DNA of 64,000 nt from Candidatus Aenigmatarchaeota archaeon (GCA_039000165.1 JAWBTW010000001.1:13179-77178); one strand, 5' to 3'; counted from the first letter of the stretch, positions 1 to 9,655 are shown. Notes: generated from the sequence alone by a model not told the origin. A program made the numbers and translations.

Positions 1-123
1 TCCTTTGTCCATCCAAATAGAGCATAAAAATATTGAAGTCGCAAAAGCAGGCGATTCCATAGGCTTGAAAGTTAACGATAAAGTAAGAGAGAACGACCTG
101 GTCTATAAAATAGTTCATTAAGT
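1..123 (+). CDS. 3' end of an upstream gene (partial). C-terminal fragment ...IEVAKAGDSIGLKVNDKVRENDLVYKIVH* resembles an EF-Tu domain-2-like beta-barrel.
   Basis: Open frame running to TAA at 121-123; the upstream part lies outside the window. Confidence 0.3.
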
Positions 124-130
124 TACGAGC

Positions 131-2173
131 TTAATCTTTTTTGTTTATTTTTTCAATTTTTACATTACAATACTTAAAGGCAGGTATTTTTGAGACAGGA
201 TCTAAGATAGGACTTGTTAGCTCGTTAGCTCTTTTTTCTGAATAATGGTTGGGAATTGACAGCAATCCTTTTGTTACTCTACTGCTAACTTTAGCTTTAA
301 TTTCGAGCTTGCCAAAGGGAGAAGAAATTCTTATCATTTCTCCGTCTTTGATTTTAAGTTCTTCTGCATCCTCTTTGCTAATTTCGACATAAGCTTCTGA
401 CATAAGCTTATTTAAAGTATTAACTTTTCTTGTCATTACTCCAGTGTTAAAGTGTTCAAGCCATCGATGAGAAATTAAAACATAAGGATAAGCGTGGTCC
501 AAGCTTTGGGGTCCAACGTATGAAACAGGGTAGAAAACTGCTTTTTTTCCTGGATAACCAAAATCTTTTGTGTACAAGATTTTTGTTCCTTTTGGATTTT
601 TCTTATCGCATGGCCATTGTATACCTTTTCTTCCAAGTTTTTTGTAAGTTATTCTAGAATACTGAGGTACAGCTTTTCTTATTTCATTAAAAATCTCTTC
701 AGCTGAATTAAAGTTAAACTCATCTTTAAAGCCCATCCTTTCTGCCAAAAGCTTTATTATCATCCAGTCCTCTTTTGCCTCTCCCGGTGGATTAACTGCT
801 TTGTTGATTAGCTGAACCCTTCTTTCGCTATTTGTAAAAGTTCCGGTTTTTTCTAAGAAGTCTGCTGCAGGAAGAATTATGTTCGCAAGTTTTGCTGTTT
901 CTGTCATGAAAATATCCTGGACTACCAAAAATTCAAGGTTTTTTAAGTTTTCTTCAACTCTATTAGAGTTAGGTAGTGAAACTACTGGATTATTTCCAAT
1001 TATATACATTCCAAGAATTCTTTCTGGAATGGCTTCTATCATTTCATACTCTGTTAATCCCTTAGAAATAGGTAAACCTTTTACTCTCCAGATTTTTTCG
1101 AATTTCCTTATAGTTTCTTGGGTTAAGGAAGAATAACCAGGATAAACATTGGGTAGAGCTCCTACATCACAAGCTCCTTGAACATTATTACATCCTCTTA
1201 AAGGATTAATTCCTGATCCTGGCTTTCCAAAATTTCCAGTAAGCAAAACCAAATCTCCTATCGTCAATATATTTTCAACACCATTACTATGTTGAGTCAT
1301 TCCCATTCCAATCAGTACAGCAGCCCTCTTGGATTTAGCATAAAGCAAGGCTACTTCTCTTATAGTTTTCTCTTCAACACCAGTGATTCTGGAAATATAG
1401 CTGAGGTCAAACTTTTCTAGACTTCTTTTAAATTGCTCAAAGCCTAAAGTCCTTTCTTTAATGAACTTTTTGTTTTCCAACTTTTCTTCAATTATAACCT
1501 TCATCAATCCAGTAATAAAAAGTATGTCAGTGTTTGGGTTAATTCTAACAAAAATGTCAGCTTTCTCTGCAGTTTCTGTTTTTCTAACATCTATAACTAC
1601 AAGTTTTCCTCCATGCTTTTTCATCTCTAAAATTCTTTCAAAACCTATAGGTTGAGTGACAGCAGGGTTTACACCAAAAGCCAAAATACATTCAGCTTCT
1701 TTCAAATCTTCATAGCTGTTTGTCATGGCTGACTTTCCAAGAATTTCGTACAAGCCAGTCAGAGTAGAAGCATGACATAAGCGAGTACAATTGTCTACGT
1801 TGTTGGTGCCTATAACAACTCTGGCAAACTTTTGAATCAAATAATTCTCTTCATTGGTGCATTTGGTTGAGGAAAAAATCCCTATGGAGTTTTTTCCGTA
1901 AGTGTCTCTTATCCTGGTGAATTCTTCCGCTATTATATCTAAAGCTTTTCTCCAAGAAATTCTCTCAAACTTATCCCCTTTCCTTATCAAAGGATACTTT
2001 AATCTTTCTGGATGATTTGTCATTTCCAGTAAAGTTGCCCCTTTTATGCAAAGTCTCCCTTTACTAATGGGATGATTCTTTCGCGGAGCTATTTTAACTG
2101 CTTTACCTCCCTTGATTTCAACTTCTATTCCACAACCAACCCCGCAATAAGGGCAAACCGAGAAAACTTTCAT
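131..2173 (-). CDS. fdhA: Formate dehydrogenase alpha subunit (molybdopterin oxidoreductase, Cys-type)
   Basis: N-terminal CPYCGVGCG Fe-S motif and MopB-family motifs. Active-site motif NNVDNCTRLCHAS carries Cys where Sec-type FDHs have U. The likely start is MKVFSV at 2173; the longer six-frame ORF upstream overlaps mobA and looks spurious. Confidence 0.8.
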   Translation of the reverse strand: MKVFSVCPYCGVGCGIEVEIKGGKAVKIAPRKNHPISKGRLCIKGATLLEMTNHPERLKYPLIRKGDKFERISWRKALDIIAEEFTRIRDTYGKNSIGIFSSTKCTNEENYLIQKFARVVIGTNNVDNCTRLCHASTLTGLYEILGKSAMTNSYEDLKEAECILAFGVNPAVTQPIGFERILEMKKHGGKLVVIDVRKTETAEKADIFVRINPNTDILFITGLMKVIIEEKLENKKFIKERTLGFEQFKRSLEKFDLSYISRITGVEEKTIREVALLYAKSKRAAVLIGMGMTQHSNGVENILTIGDLVLLTGNFGKPGSGINPLRGCNNVQGACDVGALPNVYPGYSSLTQETIRKFEKIWRVKGLPISKGLTEYEMIEAIPERILGMYIIGNNPVVSLPNSNRVEENLKNLEFLVVQDIFMTETAKLANIILPAADFLEKTGTFTNSERRVQLINKAVNPPGEAKEDWMIIKLLAERMGFKDEFNFNSAEEIFNEIRKAVPQYSRITYKKLGRKGIQWPCDKKNPKGTKILYTKDFGYPGKKAVFYPVSYVGPQSLDHAYPYVLISHRWLEHFNTGVMTRKVNTLNKLMSEAYVEISKEDAEELKIKDGEMIRISSPFGKLEIKAKVSSRVTKGLLSIPNHYSEKRANELTSPILDPVSKIPAFKYCNVKIEKINKKD

Positions 2174-2210
2174 TAAATTTAAATTTACTCTTTTGTTTTT
2201 AAATTGATAT

Positions 2211-2783
2211 ATGGAAGTTAGTTGTTTGATCCTCGCCGGTGGGAAATCCTCAAGACTTAGAAACAAACCATTCCTTATCCTGAAGGGTAAACCTTTAGTA
2301 AGATATGTTTTTGATAACTTAAGAGAAATGTTTTCAGAAATAATTGTTGTTGTGAAAAGCGAAAAAGATAAAGAAAAAATGGAAGAGATAATTAAAAACT
2401 GTAAAGTAGTTGCTGATAAAAGCAAGATTTTTTCTCCTATGGCAGGAATAATTGCTGGAATAAAACATATAAAAAATAATTTTGTTTTTGTGGTAGCTTG
2501 TGATATGCCTTTTATTGAGAAAAAAACTGTAAGAGAACTAATTTCAAGAATCGACAAAAATGTGAATTGTGTGTGTTATGCTTATTCTCTGGATAAGTTC
2601 GAGCCCCTATGTGCGATTTATAAAAAAGAATTTCTACAGAAAATAGGTTTGGAAAATAGCTTGAATGAAGCTATAAGGAAAGAGAAAAATAAGGCTCTTG
2701 TACCCATAGTCAAGGAAACTTACGAATTCTTTAATGTAAATACCAAAAAGGATTTTGAGGTTGCGGAAAAGCTACTCTCCTGA
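2211..2783 (+). CDS. mobA: Molybdenum cofactor guanylyltransferase MobA
   Basis: N-terminal LILAGGKSSRL motif, about 190 aa, adjacent to fdhA. Confidence 0.7.
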   Translation: MEVSCLILAGGKSSRLRNKPFLILKGKPLVRYVFDNLREMFSEIIVVVKSEKDKEKMEEIIKNCKVVADKSKIFSPMAGIIAGIKHIKNNFVFVVACDMPFIEKKTVRELISRIDKNVNCVCYAYSLDKFEPLCAIYKKEFLQKIGLENSLNEAIRKEKNKALVPIVKETYEFFNVNTKKDFEVAEKLLS

Positions 2784-2984
2784 AAGGCTTGGTAGAATTC
2801 CTATTTTTTCTAAAAGAAACCATAAAGTCAATATTAAAAGAAGTATTGAAGCTACAAATATGCTTGAAGAAATTTGCAAGCCCTGGAAATAGCCCCTTAT
2901 TACTTCATAAACAAGGTAAAATACTATGATATCCCTTGCAAAAGAGCGAAAACCCATATAATTAATTATTCACTAATAAAAATT

Positions 2985-3664
2985 ATGAAAATAGTGATTG
3001 GTTTGGGAGGTTCCATTTTAACAAAAGAAATCACTTACGAAAATTTTAAGAAGTATGCAGATGTTTTAGTAAAATTGAAAGAGAAAGGTCATAGAGTGGT
3101 GGTGATTTGTGGCGGAGGTAAGACATGCAGAGAGTATCAAAAAATAGCCAAGCAGTCTAATGCTACAGCAACTTTAACTGATAGAATAGGAATTATAGCA
3201 ACAAGGCTTAACGCTTTGACTTTAATTTCGGTTTTGGGGAGCATGCCTTTCAAGATGTTGTTAAAAGTGTGGAAGAGTTAGAAAGTGTGCCAGAAGAGAA
3301 AATAGTTGTAGGTGCAGGAATATTCCCAGGTCATTCTACAGATTTTGATTCTGCAATATTTGCTGAAGCGGTAAGGGCTGATATTTTAATAAAAGCAACT
3401 AACATAGATGGGGTTTATACTTCTGACCCAACTCAAGATCCTAGCGCCAAGAAGCTTGAAAAATTAAGTTACGAGGAACTAGAAAAGATTTTGTTAAAGA
3501 ATAAGCAAGGACCAGGAGAGTACAAGCTTTTTGATTTGTCTGCTGCGAAGATAATAGCAAGGTCGAAAATAAGAACTATAATAGTTGACGGTAGTGATCC
3601 AGAAGAAATTTTAAGAGCAGTTGAAGGAAAGCATAAAGGAAGCGAAGTTTTAAGTTTAAGCTAA
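2985..3664 (+). CDS. pyrH: Uridylate (UMP) kinase, archaeal type. An apparent -1 frameshift in the GGGG run at 3236-3239 splits it into ORFs 2874-3281 and 3269-3664.
   Basis: MKIVIGLGGS N-terminus, GHSTD and NIDGVYTSDP motifs. Both halves align colinearly to archaeal PyrH, and adding one G to the G4 run restores a single frame (LISVLGEHAFQDVVKSVEEL...). Confidence 0.75.
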
Positions 3665-3681
3665 AAATAAATTATTAGAAA

Positions 3682-3766
3682 GCCCTGGTAGCTCAGTTGG
3701 TTAGAGCGCATAGCTAGCGTAAGCTTGGTAAGCATGAGGTCCCGGGTTCAAGTCCCGGCCAGGGCT
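3682..3766 (+). tRNA. tRNA-Thr (anticodon GGU) with an 11-nt intron at the non-canonical 29/30 position
   Basis: Acceptor GCCCTGG/CCAGGGC, D-arm GCTCAGTTGGTTAGAGC, T-arm CCGGGTTCAAGTCCCGG. No continuous anticodon hairpin exists; removing 3712-3722 gives a perfect CATGC-TTGGTAA-GCATG stem-loop. No encoded CCA. Confidence 0.65.
3712..3722 (+). other. Putative tRNA intron (agctagcgtaa) inside the anticodon stem of tRNA-Thr
   Basis: This is the only excision that yields a perfect 5-bp anticodon stem with a canonical UUNNNAA loop. Confidence 0.5.
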
Positions 3767-4301
3767 TTACCGCACAACCACAAAATTCTTTTAATTTCCT
3801 TGTCCATAATCAACCTCTTCGATTCTATAAAACCTAAACTTTACTTTGTTGTTTTCAAGAGCTTTAATCAAACTTTTAAGAAGCGTGAAGGAATCAACAA
3901 AAAAGCTTGCATATACTCTCTTTTCATAAAGCCAAACGTTCAACTTTTTAACGTAAATAAAAATGATTTCTGCTAATTTTTCCACACTAACCTTTTCGCA
4001 CTCAATTTTTGCTAGCAGCATTTTCATCAGCCCCTATTATTTCGTAGACTCTTCCCCTTTTCTCTCCAATAGCCCTAACAAAACCTTTTGAGCAGAGGTT
4101 TTAGTTTCTAAAAGCTGTTTTCCTCGCTTAAGATAACAGCAAGCCTGTAGTTGTAATAGACACAGGGACAATATCAGAGAGAGCGGAAAGCAGAGAAGCG
4201 ACAAGGAAAAGGAGATGAGGAAAAAGCTGTAGACACTATCTTATTGAAGCAGTTATACTATTGCCTGAAAAACCTTTTCTACAACACTCTCTCTTTTCCA
4301 T

Positions 4302-4565
4302 CTACTCATGTAGTTCATAGAAGACAATATAATCTTCGGGGTCAGAAACGTTCTCATAGTGTTTCTCTTTGAACAGTTGAGCTACCCTGACATCTAGTAA
4401 CTTCTTCTTCACTAGCTTACCACAGACCTCACAGTTGAAGTATCCAGTGTAGTGCGACTTGTCTTCACGAGACTCGGGAGACCAGAATGACCAGATGTTT
4501 GTGCTTATCCACCTTGGATATCTTTCCAACTTATGGACACCAAATAGACAAAGCACTCTTCTCAA
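4302..4565 (-). CDS. Hypothetical protein with a CxxC zinc-finger-like motif (CEVCGKLV), in a compositionally atypical region
   Basis: ORF of 87 aa. Local GC is higher than the surroundings, and no homologue is recognised. Confidence 0.3.
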   Translation of the reverse strand: MRRVLCLFGVHKLERYPRWISTNIWSFWSPESREDKSHYTGYFNCEVCGKLVKKKLLDVRVAQLFKEKHYENVSDPEDYIVFYELHE

Positions 4566-4778
4566 ACCATTCCACCTCCTAAATGTTTATGTTTTTAGTG
4601 AGATCTCAAAGTATAAATATTTGATGTTAGCGGAATTTCTGTGAACGTAAAAATCATTTGAATTTGTTCAACTTAAATGAACACCTATCGATGGAAAAGT
4701 TAAAATTATGGTCAAAACGAAAATTTCAATTAAAGGTTATTTTTCAGCCTATAAGTTATTTTCTCGTTTTAAAACTTT

Positions 4779-5075
4779 CTATTTTTTCTTACTTCTCTTT
4801 AATTTTCTTCTTACTATTTTTGGCTTTGAAACCTTAGTTTCAACTATTTTTTCAAGCAAGCTACTTATCTTGTTGAAAATGTCTGTTAAGTTAGAAATGC
4901 TTAATGAAAGGTCGTGAAAATCTTCTGTCATACTTTCCATAACAGTAGTCATATTTTCTATACTTGCTGTTAAATGAACTATAGCCCTCATTGCTGAGCC
5001 TTCTTCATCAAAAACGTTTTTTCCAGCGCTATCAACAATTCTAAATTCTTTTATCTCTTCGTTCGTGTGCTTCAC
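4779..5075 (-). CDS. Hypothetical protein with a basic C-terminal tail
   Basis: ORF of 98 aa with a KRSKKK terminus. Confidence 0.35.
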   Translation of the reverse strand: MKHTNEEIKEFRIVDSAGKNVFDEEGSAMRAIVHLTASIENMTTVMESMTEDFHDLSLSISNLTDIFNKISSLLEKIVETKVSKPKIVRRKLKRSKKK

Positions 5076-5205
5076 CTCCCATAATTAAATAAGTTTATTT
5101 AGTAAAAAAGTGAATCTTAAACTTCTACAAGCTTCCTTTTTAAAACTTTTGAAACAAACAGTTTCTTTCTACTAATTTTATTTAGTTGTTTGAGTAAATA
5201 CTATT

Positions 5206-5412
5206 ATGAACTTTTGGTTAATAATTGGGATAATTTTCATAATTTTTGCAATTATTCTTTGGTTTCTTCCTTTCGAATGTGAAACTACAGCAATAAGCCT
5301 AGGGAATTGTTATTGCAATTCAACAGTATGTAGAAATATCTTTGGAAATAAACTTTATGGAGAAGAATGCTTACGTTGCGAGTCCATTTTTAACTCAACT
5401 AAAACTTCTTAA
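5206..5412 (+). CDS. Small membrane-anchored Cys-rich peptide (N-terminal TM helix, 7 Cys in a 34-aa ectodomain)
   Basis: MNFWLIIGIIFIIFAIILWFL TM segment followed by CETTAISLGNCYCNSTVCRNIFGNKLYGEECLRC. Confidence 0.35.
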   Translation: MNFWLIIGIIFIIFAIILWFLPFECETTAISLGNCYCNSTVCRNIFGNKLYGEECLRCESIFNSTKTS

Positions 5413-5887
5413 TGTCTTCTATAGTTTCTTTTTCAATATTATCTAAGAATTCGCTTAGTTTTTTTGTAAATTCCACATACTCCACATTCTTTTCAAGTTC
5501 AGTCTTTATGCTTTCTTTATCTATTTTTGTTTCATCAAAAGTTGGAGCAAGGCTTTTGAAAAGTTCGGTCTTTATGAAAATTCTTATACTTTCTGGAATT
5601 ACTTCCTTGTGAATCAAATCCTCGATTTTATTTCTCTTTTCTATCAGAACTTCTTCACATTTTCTCATAAAATTTGAGGCATAAGTTTCAAACTTTTTTC
5701 TCAAAATAGAAACATCTTTTTCTAAGGATTTTTTCTTTTCGAAAAAGTATAAGGCTAAGGCGAGTACAAAGATAGGAAAAATACCAACAAAAAGCAGAAT
5801 ATATTCATAAGGAACGGATTTTAAAAGAGAATCGAAGGAAGATAAGAGCGAGGTTATTAAATTCTGTAAGGCTTGAATAGGGTCCAT
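5399..5887 (-). CDS. Hypothetical membrane-anchored protein
   Basis: ORF of 162 aa with one TM helix and a coiled-coil-like remainder; its start abuts the ppsA stop. Confidence 0.4.
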   Translation of the reverse strand: MDPIQALQNLITSLLSSFDSLLKSVPYEYILLFVGIFPIFVLALALYFFEKKKSLEKDVSILRKKFETYASNFMRKCEEVLIEKRNKIEDLIHKEVIPESIRIFIKTELFKSLAPTFDETKIDKESIKTELEKNVEYVEFTKKLSEFLDNIEKETIEDIKKF

Positions 5888-8163
5888 TATTCTTTCCTCC
5901 TCAAATCCTCTAAAATCCTTTTTTCAGTTTTTGCAACTATCTCTCTTACTCTTTTTATTGCATCAATGTTAACAGAAATGCTTGAAATTCCACACTCAAC
6001 CAAAAATTCGACCATTTCGGGTATATTGCTTGGAGCTTCTCCACAGATTGAACTTTCCACGTTATACTTGTTGCAGGTTTTTATCGTTTCTTTTATTAAC
6101 CTTAAAACAGCTGGATGCATTTCTGAGTAAAGATGAGATAACCTTGCATTATTTCTATCAACCCCCAATGTAAGCATGGTCAGATCATTTGAACCTATGG
6201 AAGCAAAGGCTATACCTTCTTTACAGAATTCTTCTATAGTTAAAGCACAAGAAGGTACTTCAACCATTATTCCAAGCTTACAACTTTTGGGTAGCCTTAC
6301 TTCTAAGGCAATTTCTTTTGCTCTTCTAAATTCGTCGACAGAAATTATAAAAGGTAGCATTACATGAACGTTATCTAAACCTTCTTCATGCAATCTTTTA
6401 ATTGCTTCAAACTCTGCTTTTAATATTTCTGGCTCGTCAAGGCTTCTTCTTATACCATGCCATCCAAGCATAGGGTTATCTTCTTTTGGTTCTTCTTCTC
6501 CACCTTCTAAATGCTTAAGCTCGTCAGTTCTTGCATCCAAAGTTCTTACCCACACAGGTTTGGGATAGAAAGCTTGAGCTATTGGTCTTATGCCGTTAAG
6601 AAGAATTTGAATGTATTCTTCTTCTCTCCCTTCTCTTACAAGTTTTGCAGGATGTTTTCCTGATTTGAGTATCATATGCTCTATCCTTAGCAAACCAACA
6701 CCGTCAACTTTTTTTACTATTTCTTCTATTCCTTCTGGAAAAGCAAGGTTGACTTTTATCTGAGTAATTGTTGGTTTTATTTCTTCTTCCTCTTCTTCTG
6801 GAGCTACTATTTCTGGTCTCTCTACCTCAATTATCCCAGGATAAATTAAGCCACGATAAGCGTCAACAGTAACTTCTTGTCCGTCCTTTAAAATTTTTGT
6901 TGCAGCTAAAGTTCCTACCACACAAGGAATTCTCATTTCTCTTGAAACTATTGCTGCATGACAAGTTTGTCCTCCAGAATCGGTTATTATAGCTGCACAC
7001 TTGCTCATAGTAGGAACCAGATCAGGAGAAGTCATTGTTGTAACTAAAATATCTCCCTTTTCAACTTTATCTATATCTTTTAGGTCTAAAACAATCTTAA
7101 CATTTCCTGAAGCTATTCCAGGCGAAACTCCTAGACCCTTAAGAATAGGTTCACCAACAACCTCCACTTTCTCAACTTTTCCTACAGTAGTTATCGCTCT
7201 TGTCTGAACTATATAAATTTTGTTTTTTTCTATAGCAAACTCGATATCTTGAGGCCTGCCGTAATGATTCTCCAAAATTACTCCATAATGAGCGAGTTTA
7301 GCTAATTCTTCTTCTGTTAAAATTTGTTTTCCTTTTTTATCTCTCGGAACAGGAATTTCTTCTGTTTTGTCAGTAGCCAAATCTCTTATACGCATAATTT
7401 CCTTAAGTCCGATTTTTTTGTCCAAAACTTTGCCATCTTTTGAGACTATATAAATATCCGGAGTAACTCTTCCAGAAACTAAAGTTTCACCCAAGCCCCA
7501 ACAAGCCTCTATAACTATATTGTCCTCGCCTGTAGCAGGATTTACAGTAAACATTACCCCAGCTTTTTCGCTGTTAACCATTTTTTGGACTACTACTGCG
7601 ATACTAGCATGCTTAAAACCTTGTTTAGCTCTGTAAAAAATTGCTCTAGGTTCGTATAAGCTTGCAAAACATTCCTTCACGCATTGTAATAACTCTTTAT
7701 GACCTTTAACGTTTAGGAAAGAAGCTTGTTGCCCGGCAAAGCTCGCAGTTGGTAAATCTTCTGCTGTTGCTGAACTTCTTACTGCAACTAATGCTAAATC
7801 TCTTCCTGACCTTACAATTTCTAGTTCTTTCCCTATATCGCTATAAGAAAGTGTTTCGTAAGCTTCTATGATTTCATTTTTAATAGTAGCTGGATATTCT
7901 TGAGAAACTATAATTTCTTTTATTTTTTGTGATGTCTCAAGGAGTTGGGTAGTGTTATCAACATCACATTCCCTTAAAAGATCATCTATTATTTCTTTTA
8001 TTTTGTTAATCTCTATGAACCTTTCAAAAGCTTTTGTCGTTACGACAAAACCAGGAGGAACAGGAAGACCAAGTTTTATCATTTCTCCTAAGTTTGCACC
8101 CTTCCCTCCAGCTATGTTTACAGAATCCTTAGAAAGTTCATCGAGCCACTTAACGTATTCCAT
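5887..8163 (-). CDS. ppsA: Phosphoenolpyruvate synthase (pyruvate, water dikinase)
   Basis: 758 aa with an ATP-grasp N-terminus (NIAGGKGANLGEM), a phosphohistidine domain and a PEP-utilising C-terminal domain. Confidence 0.85.
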   Translation of the reverse strand: MEYVKWLDELSKDSVNIAGGKGANLGEMIKLGLPVPPGFVVTTKAFERFIEINKIKEIIDDLLRECDVDNTTQLLETSQKIKEIIVSQEYPATIKNEIIEAYETLSYSDIGKELEIVRSGRDLALVAVRSSATAEDLPTASFAGQQASFLNVKGHKELLQCVKECFASLYEPRAIFYRAKQGFKHASIAVVVQKMVNSEKAGVMFTVNPATGEDNIVIEACWGLGETLVSGRVTPDIYIVSKDGKVLDKKIGLKEIMRIRDLATDKTEEIPVPRDKKGKQILTEEELAKLAHYGVILENHYGRPQDIEFAIEKNKIYIVQTRAITTVGKVEKVEVVGEPILKGLGVSPGIASGNVKIVLDLKDIDKVEKGDILVTTMTSPDLVPTMSKCAAIITDSGGQTCHAAIVSREMRIPCVVGTLAATKILKDGQEVTVDAYRGLIYPGIIEVERPEIVAPEEEEEEIKPTITQIKVNLAFPEGIEEIVKKVDGVGLLRIEHMILKSGKHPAKLVREGREEEYIQILLNGIRPIAQAFYPKPVWVRTLDARTDELKHLEGGEEEPKEDNPMLGWHGIRRSLDEPEILKAEFEAIKRLHEEGLDNVHVMLPFIISVDEFRRAKEIALEVRLPKSCKLGIMVEVPSCALTIEEFCKEGIAFASIGSNDLTMLTLGVDRNNARLSHLYSEMHPAVLRLIKETIKTCNKYNVESSICGEAPSNIPEMVEFLVECGISSISVNIDAIKRVREIVAKTEKRILEDLRRKE

Positions 8164-8194
8164 ATTAATTATTTAGTCTATTAAAGATATCTTA

Positions 8195-8707
8195 TTATTC
8201 TTCTACTTCAACTCTTACAGGAGTGGAAATTTTGAGACCAGCTTTTTTCAAGGCTTTTTTACCAACTTCTAAGTTTTCTTTGTCAAGCTTGAGCATCATA
8301 ATTCTTTGACCTTCCTTGACTTGAACAGCAGTTCCAACAGGTTTTCCAAAAGCTAGTCTCATTCCTCTTGAGTATCTGTCAGCTCCTGCACCTGTTGCTA
8401 TAGGTTTTTCTCTTAACACATGATGAGGGTAAAGTAAAATCTTGAAAAAATAATTCGAGCCTAAATTTTTTTCAAGAAACTTGTGAGCAACCACTCTTGC
8501 TGCTTCCAAAGCATTGTCTCTTATTTGCACGCTGTTCTTTGCCACTAAGTACAAGGTCAAGTCATATTCCTTCCTCGTTCCCATTTCAAATTGATGTGTT
8601 TTTGGATAAGGCACTCCCACAACATAACTTTTCCTTGGGACTTTTTTGCTGATTCTAGTGTAAGGTCTTTCTATTCTTCTCATCGTTCTTCCAGGTCTTA
8701 GCGCCAT
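8195..8707 (-). CDS. rpl10e: Ribosomal protein L10e (uL16)
   Basis: MALRPGRTMRRIERPYTRISKK..., 170 aa. Confidence 0.85.
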   Translation of the reverse strand: MALRPGRTMRRIERPYTRISKKVPRKSYVVGVPYPKTHQFEMGTRKEYDLTLYLVAKNSVQIRDNALEAARVVAHKFLEKNLGSNYFFKILLYPHHVLREKPIATGAGADRYSRGMRLAFGKPVGTAVQVKEGQRIMMLKLDKENLEVGKKALKKAGLKISTPVRVEVEE

Positions 8708-8813
8708 AAAACCACTTTAATCAAATTCTAGCTAGCAAATATTTAAAGTTTTAAAAGAAAAAAGTATTTAATTTAAATATCGGTTATATTAATAGAAGAA
8801 AGGAGGTGTAAAG

Positions 8814-8978
8814 GTGGCATTAGTTGTTAAGTCCGCAGTTAAGAATCAACTTAAAGGTTTCAGAGTTGGGGGAGACTTCTTCACAGCTTTAGACAAACAG
8901 ATTACAGAAATCCTTAAAACTGCTATGGCAAGAGCTAAAGCAAACGGAAGAAAAACTTTAAGGGCATGCGACTTATAA
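8814..8978 (+). CDS. Small conserved archaeal protein (DUF1931-like), 54 aa, GTG start
   Basis: GGAGGTG Shine-Dalgarno 5 nt upstream; sequence VALVVKSAVKNQLKGFRVGGDFFTALDKQITEILKTAMARAKANGRKTLRACDL. Confidence 0.45.
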   Translation: MALVVKSAVKNQLKGFRVGGDFFTALDKQITEILKTAMARAKANGRKTLRACDL

Positions 8979-9045
8979 ACTAAGATTTAGAATTTTTCTT
9001 TTTCTTTTTTTTAAATTTTTATAGATGAAGGAGTAAAATAATTTA

Positions 9046-9621
9046 ATGGAAAAAATAGTTGGAATAACAGGAACTATCGCTTCTGGGAAAGATACGGTTA
9101 AAAAAATTTTACAAAGTAAGTTTAATTGCTATACCGTTTCTCTTTCTTCCATAATAAAGGCAGAACTTGAAAAAAAGAAGAACAGAAATTTTAGTAGAAA
9201 AAATATGCAAGATTTAGGAAATGAACTAAGAAGGAAGTATGGAACGCATATTTTGGCTATGCTTGCTGTAGAGTACTTGCAGAAAGATAAAGAGATGATA
9301 ATAATAGATGGGATAAGAAATCCAGGAGAAGTTGACTTTCTTAGGAAGAAGTTCGGCAAAAAATTTGTTTTGATCGGCGTAGATGCCAAACCAGAGATAA
9401 GGTTTGAAAGAGTGATAAAAAGAATGGACGCTTCTGATCCAAAGACATGGGAAGAGTTTTTAGAGATAGACAAAAGGGATCAAGGAGAAAACGAGCCAGA
9501 GTATGGTCAAAGAACTAAAGAATGTTTAGAAAAAGCAGACTTTCTAATAATCAACGAAGGAAGTCTTGAGGACTTGGAGAAAAAAGTGAATGAAATAGCT
9601 GAAAAAATTAAAGACTGGTAA
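9046..9621 (+). CDS. P-loop kinase, CoaE-like (dephospho-CoA kinase family or related NMP kinase)
   Basis: GITGTIASGKDTV Walker A closely matches the CoaE signature; the C-terminal RMDASDPKTWEEFLEIDKRD resembles the CoaE lid. Confidence 0.5.
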   Translation: MEKIVGITGTIASGKDTVKKILQSKFNCYTVSLSSIIKAELEKKKNRNFSRKNMQDLGNELRRKYGTHILAMLAVEYLQKDKEMIIIDGIRNPGEVDFLRKKFGKKFVLIGVDAKPEIRFERVIKRMDASDPKTWEEFLEIDKRDQGENEPEYGQRTKECLEKADFLIINEGSLEDLEKKVNEIAEKIKDW

Positions 9622-9655
9622 ATTTAAATAGAATAATTGTTAATTACTTGTAATT

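Noticed and set aside
879-1136. Numerous 60-110-aa ORFs antisense to large genes (for example 879-1136, 7001-7207, 9129-9473, 26380-26589, 40420-40845, 53468-53932)
   Set aside because: They have low-complexity, Phe/Leu/Ser-rich composition typical of antisense frames in AT-rich genomes, and are fully contained in well-supported genes on the other strand.
131-2173. Possible selenocysteine (TGA) recoding in fdhA
   Set aside because: The catalytic position is an ordinary Cys codon and the ORF has no in-frame TGA.
3725-3976. 83-aa plus-strand ORF starting inside the tRNA-Thr gene
   Set aside because: It overlaps a well-supported tRNA and is antisense to another ORF, so it is most likely spurious.
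4140-4215. Purine-rich segment with GCGGAAAGCAGAGAAGCG, superficially reminiscent of the SRP RNA helix-8 GGAA/AGCA motif
   Set aside because: Flanking sequence does not form the required helices 6/8 or Alu-domain features, and there is no conserved GNAR-closing stem. More likely it is degraded coding sequence of the atypical island.
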